A DNA stretch of 53,471 nt from a virus (Duplodnaviria > Caudoviricetes): IMG/VR virus record IMGVR_UViG_3300009169_000028, positions 1 through 53,471 of that record; one strand, written 5' to 3'. Both the position numbers and the translations under genes were made by a program. Positions 46,269 through 53,471 of the stretch are shown here, piece by piece. Each line of letters begins with the position of its first letter. Within the stretch, counting starts at the first letter, position 1. The notes under the pieces were generated by a model that saw only the letters and a list, made by a program, of their open reading frames with translations, made no database searches and was not told the origin of the DNA.

Positions 46269-47327
46269 ATGGCTAGATTGCTGACGGCGGGGTTTGAGAC
46301 GGGGTCGATCCAGGAGCTGAACGGCGCGACATATGGGGCCGTGGCCGTTAGCGCGGCTGGGGTTCGGACGGGGACATATAGCCTGAATTTGCCGGGTGGA
46401 TCGCTGCTGGGGGCGACGACCTACCAGGGGCATGTGTTTGACGCAACTGTGACCGAATTTTTCTTTCGCATCGCCTGGGAACTGGACGCGAGCGGGATAG
46501 CCGGGTATCCCTATGTGCAATTTGTGGACGAAAACGGTTCACCGCAACTGACGCTGCGCTTCAATGGTCCGACCCAGTCGTTTCGGCTCTATCGCGGCGG
46601 GATTGATTACAACACCCCAGGCAACAACGTGCTGCTGGCATCCGGAAACATTGTGCTGCGCGCAGGCATTTTGTATCTACTGGAAGGTACGGCCATTATC
46701 GACGATGCATCCGGGACGTTCCTGCTGAAAATCAATGCGGTGACTGACATCTCGTATAGCGGAGATACTAAAGCGACAGCGACGGCTGGGGTGCGCAGTC
46801 TGATGTTCCTCGGTCCGTGGGGCGGTGGCAATCTGTACATCGACGATATTGCATTCAACGACACGAGCGGATCGTTCGAGAACAGCTATCCTGGACTGGG
46901 CGGGATTTTCTTCTTGAAGGCCAACGGGGCGGGAGCGACGCAGGAATGGACGCCCAGTGCGCTTTTGGCTCACCATACGCTGGTAGATGATGTGCCGGCG
47001 AACACGACAGACTGGGTGCAGGGGGAGAATGCCGGGGATCTCGAGCTGTTTGACATCGAGGATACGCCAGACTATGTGACGGCGATCAATGTGGTGCAGC
47101 CGGCGTTCCAGGCAGCGGTGGCGGTGAGTGGGAGCAACGAGATCCGGGATGTGGTGTCGGATGGAACGGAGTATTCGGGCGATACGACCCACACGGTCAT
47201 TTCGATCGCACCGAGTTACGTGCTGTATCTGGGGAAGACGTACTACGAGCAGCCGGATGGGGTGAGCGGGGCGTTCGATGCGACGGCGTTGGATGCGCTG
47301 CAAATGGGGTTTGAGATTCCGGCGTGA
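46269..47327 (+). CDS. Minor tail protein (lectin-like beta domain)
   Basis: MARLLTAGFE, VRTGTYSL, YIDDI; tail-region position. Confidence 0.65.
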   Translation: MARLLTAGFETGSIQELNGATYGAVAVSAAGVRTGTYSLNLPGGSLLGATTYQGHVFDATVTEFFFRIAWELDASGIAGYPYVQFVDENGSPQLTLRFNGPTQSFRLYRGGIDYNTPGNNVLLASGNIVLRAGILYLLEGTAIIDDASGTFLLKINAVTDISYSGDTKATATAGVRSLMFLGPWGGGNLYIDDIAFNDTSGSFENSYPGLGGIFFLKANGAGATQEWTPSALLAHHTLVDDVPANTTDWVQGENAGDLELFDIEDTPDYVTAINVVQPAFQAAVAVSGSNEIRDVVSDGTEYSGDTTHTVISIAPSYVLYLGKTYYEQPDGVSGAFDATALDALQMGFEIPA

Positions 47328-47364
47328 CGCAGGAGACAGGGGACAGGGGTCAGGAGACAGAGTA

Positions 47365-47384
47365 CCTATAAGTTGAGTACTGGG
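47365..47384 (-). repeat. Dispersed dif-like site 16
   Basis: + strand CCTATAA-GTTGAG-TACTGGG. Confidence 0.78.
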
Positions 47385-47407
47385 AAATTAGGTAAGGAGA
47401 CAAGGAG

Positions 47408-47827
47408 ATGAGCGGGCAGCTTACGCAGTTCGGGGCAAATCGGGCGGTGCAGGCCGGAGTAGGTGAGACTGTGACGGCGACGGCGGCGATGTATCTGGCG
47501 CTGATCACGGCGCTGCCGGCCGGGCCGGATACGGCGACGCTGGCGGATTTCAGCGCCAATGAGCTAGCCACAGCGGGATACTCGCGGCAGGAGGTAGGCT
47601 GGAGCAGCCCGGCGGGCGATCCGAGCGCGATCGCTAACGACGCAGAGATCGTGTTCGGGCCGTTTACGGCAGATCCTGCCAGCGTGCAGTATCTGTTCCT
47701 GGCCGACACGTCCATTGGGACGAGCGGGAATGTGATGGCCTACTGGACGGCTGACGCGCCGCAGGATGCGGGCGACGGTGACAGCATCCGCATTGCGGCG
47801 GGCGATCTGACGATCAGCGTGGATTAG
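47408..47827 (+). CDS. Small tail fibre / baseplate-associated protein
   Basis: MYLALIT, GYSRQ, NDAEIVF, IAAGDLTISVD. Confidence 0.7.
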   Translation: MSGQLTQFGANRAVQAGVGETVTATAAMYLALITALPAGPDTATLADFSANELATAGYSRQEVGWSSPAGDPSAIANDAEIVFGPFTADPASVQYLFLADTSIGTSGNVMAYWTADAPQDAGDGDSIRIAAGDLTISVD

Positions 47828-47837
47828 GGGAGCCAGG

Positions 47838-49775
47838 ATGACAACCTACTATGTGCGTAAGACTGGTTCCGACGCTGCGAATGGACTCTCGGCTGGTACG
47901 GCTTGGCTAACCATAGACAAGGCGGCAAACACGGTCGCGGCTGGCGATACCGTATACATCGGCGCGGGAGTATACCGCGAACTGGTCACGATGGACACGG
48001 CAGGATCAGTCGGTAGCGTGATCTCTTACATCGGTGACATATCCGGAGAGCAGACTGGAGATGGCGGATTGGTCGTTATCTCTGCCCACGATAACGATCG
48101 TCAATCAGCTACTCGCGCTTCCTGTTTGGATGTAAACGGCAAAGAGTTCCTACTTTGGAAGCATATAGTCTTTGCCGGATGCACCACGGCGGGTGCACCT
48201 GTATTTAGTTCGGTAGGAACCAACACCGCGTATGAGGGCGTGATTTTTCGAGGTTGTTCAGCGGTATCTGATACGGTTCAGTACGCTTTTTCGTTGGATT
48301 TACACCAAGCCCCTACCCCTACCGGAGAGGGTTTGGTGATCGAGGACTGTGTAGCTTTTGGCGGAATCAAGCTAACGGCTGCAGACAATGCGACGGCTGA
48401 ACGCAACGCTAAAGTTAGAATTTCACGATCTCTGGTGCTGGCAACGCGGGGGCAGGTTGGGGTATATATCACCATCGATTCCCACAACGCTTCCGGTCCG
48501 TGTGGTGGTTTCACTGTTGAAAACTGAACGATTCTGGGGTCTGGACAAAATGGGGTTTACGGGCAAAACCTGGACAGTACCAATTACCCACTGACTGTGC
48601 GAGATTGTTACGTAGTGGGCTTTTTCTATGCGTTGGAGCGTAGCGGCGGGGCATCGGGCGGCATGATATCCGGGGGCGGAAATGTCTACAATACCAATAC
48701 CGTCTATTCGTCGGTTACCGGTAAAACGCAGGACTCTATAACCAATCTAACCCCGTTCTTGCTAGGCGGTATAGCTGATTTGCCGATGTACCATGCATTG
48801 GGGTGGTCTCCTTTCAAGCCGTGGGAACCCATTGTCATTTCTGGCATGTATTCCGCAGGGGCTGGTGAAAGTGAAGCTACTACTGCCCCTACTGTGCTTG
48901 ATCTGTATGGTAATTCCCCAAACCAGGGTCTGGGTATCTCGTTTGCCTTTTTCAACGCGTCAGATGATGCCGTGTCCGATCCGGATAGTAAATGGTCTAG
49001 CGATGCAAATGCTGTAGACGGCAATGCGGCGACGGCTGCTTGGACAACTACATCGGGATCTGCAGCAAGCAACTTTTTGACGGCAGGAGGAACCAACTTC
49101 CCAGACGTTGAAGCCGGTATTGTGCAGGTTCGTGCACGGGCGTACGGCGGCACGGACTATGAAGGCTCCTCAGCTACAGTTACAATCTATACAGATGGAT
49201 TCGCAGAGGCACTGGGTACGATCACAGTCACTGTGTTCGCTGGTTGGGCGCAGGGGTGGTCCGGCTGGACGACGCTTGCTACTCCTTCCGGTGGGTGGAC
49301 GGCGGCAAAAGTAGCGGCGCTGGAATTCAAAGCGTGGGAGGTTGCTTCTTCTGATACGTATTTAGCGAAGGTTCAGCTAGAAGTAACTACCCGCGGACGT
49401 GCATCTACTGGCGCAGTACAGCAGCGGGTAAGACCCGTGGCAGAAGCAACAATCACGCACGCTGGCGACACTTCGTTGGAGTTTGCGGGTCCGGGTTATC
49501 ATGACATGTTGGTTCCGGTGGATGCAACTAGCACTACGGTTTCCGTGTGGGTTTATCGGGATACTGACTATTCCGGGGATAACCCAATATTGGAGGTTCT
49601 GAACATTCCTGGTTATGCAGATCAATCGGACGCACAATCGGGGGGAGCAGGGGAGTGGGAGCAACTAAGCTGCACTATCGTGCCAACTGTTGCTGGTTGG
49701 TGTCGAGTAAGGTTGCGCAGCCGTGACACTAGCGGGGTGGGAAAGTGCTATTTTGATGATATAGCGGTGGCGTGA
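47838..49775 (+). pseudogene. Beta-helix tail spike / receptor-binding protein interrupted by one in-frame TGA (48525..48527)
   Basis: ORFs 47838..48527 and 48597..49775 share a frame with an open linker; N-terminus YYVRKTGSD.ANG....AWLTI.KA...AGDTVYIGAGVY is typical of beta-helix proteins. Confidence 0.65.
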
Positions 49776-52561
49776 TGGCGGATACGAGCGGTTTTGAATT
49801 CTGGCAGGCGGGAGAGCTGCCGCTATCAGGCGCCGGGGGCGCGGATAGCGGCGGTTTTGAATTCTGGCAGGCCGGTGAGCAACCGCCGGCATTCACAGCG
49901 CCGACGTCGATTCCGCCGTTGGAGTTCGCAGCGTCGGGAGCAAGCGCATCGGCCGGTACGCTGAGATTAACGATACATAGTCCATTTGCGGTTGGCGTTT
50001 CGACCTCATCTGGGTCGTTGCGGATGCGGATCGGGCGGCATTTTGCGGCGAGCGGGGCGTCTACCTCAGCCGGGTCGCTGCGGGCGACGGTGCTAGGCGT
50101 CGGGATGGCGCTGGTGACGCAGGCCGGGCTGCTGATCGACGTCGAGCGCACGGCGCCGATCAACGTGACGCAGTCAGGCGCGCTGCTGGATGCGATCCGC
50201 ACACCACCGATCAACGTGACGCAGGCGGGGGCCATCCTCGATGCCGAACGCACGCCGCCGATCCAGGTGACGCAGGCGGGCGTGATCGTCGATGTGAACA
50301 GCACAGCGCCGCTCCGGGTGACACAGGCCGGACTGATCATCGATGCCCGGTATCAGCGGCCGGAAAGCCTCCTCAACTGTTGGGAGTTCCACGTCCTCGA
50401 TCCCAACACGCACTATCTCACCTTCCTCGATGCCGCGTTCAGCAAGGCTTACATGGGCGCGCTGAGCGACTGCGGCGGCGGCGCGTTCACGATCCACCGG
50501 GACGATCCGAAGGCGACGACGGCGAACCTGGCCGTCGGCAACGTCGTGATGGTGCGCTATAAGAACGTGGACATCGGCGCCTGGGTGATGGAGAACTTCG
50601 AGGAGACGCTGGTCGACCAGGGCGAGGGGCCGGCTGAGGTAATTGTGGTGAGCGGCCGGGGGCTGCTGGGGTTCCTAGAGAAGGGGATCGTCTATCCGAG
50701 TGACCTGGCGGATGCGGGGACGGCCGAGCGGGCCTTCGATGGGGTCACAAAGGCGAGCATCTTCCTGGATCTATATAACGAGTATCTGCTGCGCGGGGGC
50801 GGCGAGCTGAACGTCGATTTCACGGCGGTGAACGATAGCCGGGCACTGCCGTGGACGGACTCGGCATACCTGAAATACAAAGCCGGGCAGACGTTGCTCG
50901 ATGTGGCGCGTAACCTGGCCGGCCAGGGGCTGGAGTTGACGGTGGATCCCGACCGCACGCTGCGGGCGTGGATCCAGGCCGGGACCGATCTGAGCGCGAC
51001 GGTCCACTTCCGGGAAGGTCAAAACCTGTTGAGCAGCCGGAAGAGCACCGAGGGAACGGGACTGGCGAACGTAGTACTGGGAGAGGGGCAAGGGATCTTT
51101 GTCGAGACCACGGACGCGACGAGCATTGCCAGCCATCACCGGCGGGAAACGTATCTGGCGGTGCGCAACACGGCGGACACCGGGCAGGTCGCGACCGCCA
51201 ACACGATCTTACTGAACGGATGGGCTGAGCCGCGCGCAGCGCTGACGCTCGAGGTGTTGGCCGATCCGTTCTACCCATTCTTCGACTACCAGATCGGCGA
51301 CGTGGTCCACATCGATGTGCCGGGGGAAATCGACGCCGATTACCGGGTGCTGGCGATCGCGATCAACGAGGGGCAGGGGCCGTGCGATCTGCGGGTGACG
51401 CTGTCGATCAACGATCTGGCGACGGAGTATCTGCAGCGGTTGCAGCGGGCGTTTGATGCGTCGTTGCAGAGTGTGAAGCCGGGGCCCGGGTCCAGTGGGT
51501 CGCTGGCCAGCAGCGGGACGGAGCCGGGGGTAGGGGCGAGCGGGACCGGGCTGGCGAACGGGGCGATCAAGAATAATCACATCGATTGGGGACTCGGGCC
51601 GAACCAGGTGGACGCGGCGGATGTGCCGATCACCGATACCGGTAATTACTATACTGGGAACCAGGTCGAAGCGGCGCTGCAGGAGATCGGGAGCAGTCTG
51701 GGGAGCCTGGGCGGGTCGAGCCATGCAGCGGTGACGCTGGGCACGGATGCGGATACACTGCTGGGGTTGACGGGGCAGCAGATCACGATCGACACGCAGG
51801 CGGCTAATCTGGTGCTGGCCGGGCCGACGACTGGGGCCGCGGCTGATCCGGCGTTCCGGGCGCTGGTGGAGGCGGATCTGCCGGCGACGGCGCTCTTGAC
51901 GGACGGCAGCCGGGACGGCGCGACGAGCGGCGCGCAGCAGTTTGTGTCAGGCAGCCGGCATGGGGACGATACGAATCATGCTGATTTCGATGGTACGGGG
52001 CATCTGACATTCGCCGGGACAGCCAGGCCGTGGCGGGATGAGTTAGGCGAGTTGCTGGGGAAAAAGCGGATTGGCGTACGTATCACTGAGGATCTGGCTG
52101 AGGGCACGCTGTTGTTTTCGGATAGCTGCCAGATCGCTGATGATTACGTCATCACGAATGTGCAGCTCAATCACGACAAAGATTTGACGGTCTCGATCTA
52201 TCCTCACTTGCACTGGTTCCAGGCATCGGCAAACGTGCCGAACTGGCTACTGCAGTACCGCTGGCAGGTCAACGGCGCGGCGAAGACGACGTCATGGACG
52301 CCGGTGAAGTCTACCGGGCTGGCGTTCGCGTATTCGGCTGGGACACTGCATCAGATTTCACTCTGGGCGGCGATCGCTGTGCCGGGTGGCTCGACGCTCT
52401 CTGATATTGTGCAGTTTCGTATCATGCGAGACACGGACAACGACTCCGGGCTGTTTGGGACACCGGGGACGGATCCATTGAGCGGAAATGCGAGTGCACT
52501 GATGTTCGATGTGCATTTCCAGATCAACAGCCTGGGCAGCACGGACGAGTACACAAAGTAG
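49775..52561 (+). CDS. Large minor tail protein (baseplate hub / Tal-like with fibre extension)
   Basis: Five VTQ(A/S)G repeats, hub-like central domain (ANVVLGEG, DYQIGDVV), C-terminal receptor-binding-like domain. Confidence 0.7.
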   Translation: MADTSGFEFWQAGELPLSGAGGADSGGFEFWQAGEQPPAFTAPTSIPPLEFAASGASASAGTLRLTIHSPFAVGVSTSSGSLRMRIGRHFAASGASTSAGSLRATVLGVGMALVTQAGLLIDVERTAPINVTQSGALLDAIRTPPINVTQAGAILDAERTPPIQVTQAGVIVDVNSTAPLRVTQAGLIIDARYQRPESLLNCWEFHVLDPNTHYLTFLDAAFSKAYMGALSDCGGGAFTIHRDDPKATTANLAVGNVVMVRYKNVDIGAWVMENFEETLVDQGEGPAEVIVVSGRGLLGFLEKGIVYPSDLADAGTAERAFDGVTKASIFLDLYNEYLLRGGGELNVDFTAVNDSRALPWTDSAYLKYKAGQTLLDVARNLAGQGLELTVDPDRTLRAWIQAGTDLSATVHFREGQNLLSSRKSTEGTGLANVVLGEGQGIFVETTDATSIASHHRRETYLAVRNTADTGQVATANTILLNGWAEPRAALTLEVLADPFYPFFDYQIGDVVHIDVPGEIDADYRVLAIAINEGQGPCDLRVTLSINDLATEYLQRLQRAFDASLQSVKPGPGSSGSLASSGTEPGVGASGTGLANGAIKNNHIDWGLGPNQVDAADVPITDTGNYYTGNQVEAALQEIGSSLGSLGGSSHAAVTLGTDADTLLGLTGQQITIDTQAANLVLAGPTTGAAADPAFRALVEADLPATALLTDGSRDGATSGAQQFVSGSRHGDDTNHADFDGTGHLTFAGTARPWRDELGELLGKKRIGVRITEDLAEGTLLFSDSCQIADDYVITNVQLNHDKDLTVSIYPHLHWFQASANVPNWLLQYRWQVNGAAKTTSWTPVKSTGLAFAYSAGTLHQISLWAAIAVPGGSTLSDIVQFRIMRDTDNDSGLFGTPGTDPLSGNASALMFDVHFQINSLGSTDEYTK

Positions 52562-52572
52562 GAGCGTGAGGG

Positions 52573-52648
52573 CGCCGGGTTGATTTTCGCCGCTGGAGGG
52601 TTGAGATCGCCGGGTTGATTTTCGCCGCTGGAGGGTTGAGATCGCCGG
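52573..52648 (+). repeat. 35-bp tandem direct repeat (2 copies plus 6 bp)
   Basis: CGCCGGGTTGATTTTCGCCGCTGGAGGGTTGAGAT x2. Confidence 0.85.
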
Positions 52649-52658
52649 CGCTCTCGCT

Positions 52659-52678
52659 CCGAGTACTCAACATAATTA
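52659..52678 (+). repeat. Degenerate dif-like site 17
   Basis: CCGAGTA-CTCAAC-ATAATTA; same core as site 16, second arm degenerate. Confidence 0.45.
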
Positions 52679-52741
52679 TAACATAATGTGTCAACTCCAT
52701 CACCCCCTTCCCCCTCGCCCGTCGTCGGGAGAGGGGGTTTT

Positions 52742-52755
52742 GTTTGCGCGCAAAC
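52742..52755. promoter_or_regulatory. parS-like palindrome copy 4
   Basis: (T)GTTTGCGCGCAAAC. Confidence 0.5.
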
Positions 52756-52759
52756 GCCA

Positions 52760-53471
52760 TTACAGCCGCCAGTTATCGACCGGCGAGGCTTTGGCGTGGG
52801 CGCGGGCGATGTCGGTCTGAGCAATGCGGGCGTAGCGGCGGACCATGGCCAGGTCGGAATGGCCGAGCAGAGCCTGGAGCGTGAACAGGTCGCCGCCGTT
52901 GCGCAGGTAGGTGATAGCAAAGGTGTGGCGAAAGCGGTGGGGGTAGACATCGGCGACGCCGGCGCGTTCGCCGATGCGGGCGAGCTGGAGGCCCAGGGCG
53001 CGGCGGTCCATCGGCCGCTGATCGTCTTTGGGACCGACGGTGATGAAGTAGTCTTCGGGCTTGGTCGGCAGACGCGGGGTTAGATAACGCCAAATAGCCT
53101 TGGCAGACCGCTTGCCGAACTGGACGTAGCGGTCCTTGTTACCTTTGCCGTGATGGATGGTGATGCGGTTGCGGGTCATGTCGATGTCGGCGATGTGAAG
53201 GTTGCAGAGTTCCGAGGCGCGCATACCGGTGTCGATGAGCAGGAGGAGGATGCAGCGGTCGCGATCGGCAATCGCTCCGAGCTGCTGGGCGCCAACGGCT
53301 TTCCAGGTTTTTTTCTGATCGCAGACGGCGAGCATGGCTTCAAGCTCCTCCTGGGTGAAGGGGTCCACGGTCGGCTCGCCCGGGTCCGGCGGCTCGATGG
53401 TGCGAACGATGTTGATTTCGAGAAAGCCTTCGTCGACCGCCCAGTGCCAGAGCGCGGAGAGGTCGGCATGG
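52760..53471 (-). CDS. int: Phage integrase catalytic domain, 5' end runs off the window
   Basis: RDR..ILLLIDTGMRASE, GKGNKDR, HRFRHTFA, LLGHS, VRRY. Confidence 0.9.
   Translation of the reverse strand, partial: HADLSALWHWAVDEGFLEINIVRTIEPPDPGEPTVDPFTQEELEAMLAVCDQKKTWKAVGAQQLGAIADRDRCILLLLIDTGMRASELCNLHIADIDMTRNRITIHHGKGNKDRYVQFGKRSAKAIWRYLTPRLPTKPEDYFITVGPKDDQRPMDRRALGLQLARIGERAGVADVYPHRFRHTFAITYLRNGGDLFTLQALLGHSDLAMVRRYARIAQTDIARAHAKASPVDNWRL

Larger units (their letters stand above)
1..53471. mobile_element. Near-complete temperate siphovirus-like phage genome, permuted within the integrase
   Basis: Integrase and attP, repressor/Cro, terminase, portal, capsid, tail tube, tape measure, Dit; no tail sheath; no host housekeeping genes; homologous ends. 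Confidence 0.9.

Noticed and set aside
47838-52561. Diversity-generating retroelement or shufflon acting on tail fibres
   Set aside because: No reverse transcriptase, no TR/VR pair, and no array of alternative C-termini seen
52573-52648. CRISPR mini-array
   Set aside because: The 35-bp units are directly adjacent with no spacer, and no cas genes are present

Overview
The window is essentially one complete ~53.3-kb temperate siphovirus-like phage genome, permuted inside its integrase gene. The first and last 203 nt are a gapless but only ~88% identical overlap. An attP-like 3' half of tRNA-Val(CAC) lies just upstream of the integrase. The host is inferred to be a high-GC bacterium, probably Chloroflexota. 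Gene blocks in order: integrase/attP; accessory leftward genes (DNA methyltransferase with Mrr-like domain, SH3/Excalibur lipoprotein, HicAB-like pair); CI/Cro switch; early genes (HNH nuclease, a second XerC/D-like tyrosine recombinase, ParB, AAA helicase); an inverted DNA-modification/ParB/TerS/TerL operon; a RadC-ParB-DUF488 module; and rearranged head and tail genes. The most striking unannotated signal is a 20-bp quasi-palindrome, CC(G/C)(A/G)GTA-N6-TTAT(A/G/C)GG. It occurs 16 times at gene or module junctions, in both orientations, each with a different 6-bp core. It has the geometry of a dif/Xer tyrosine-recombinase site, and two copies bracket the phage's own Xer-like recombinase gene, suggesting a genome-wide site-specific module exchange system. 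Other signals: four parS-like palindromes with three ParB-domain genes, a CHAT-protease/membrane cassette with no recognisable endolysin, a candidate +1 tail-chaperone frameshift, an in-frame UGA in a tail spike, and two candidate ncRNAs. All product calls come from motif recognition by eye; no database searches were run.
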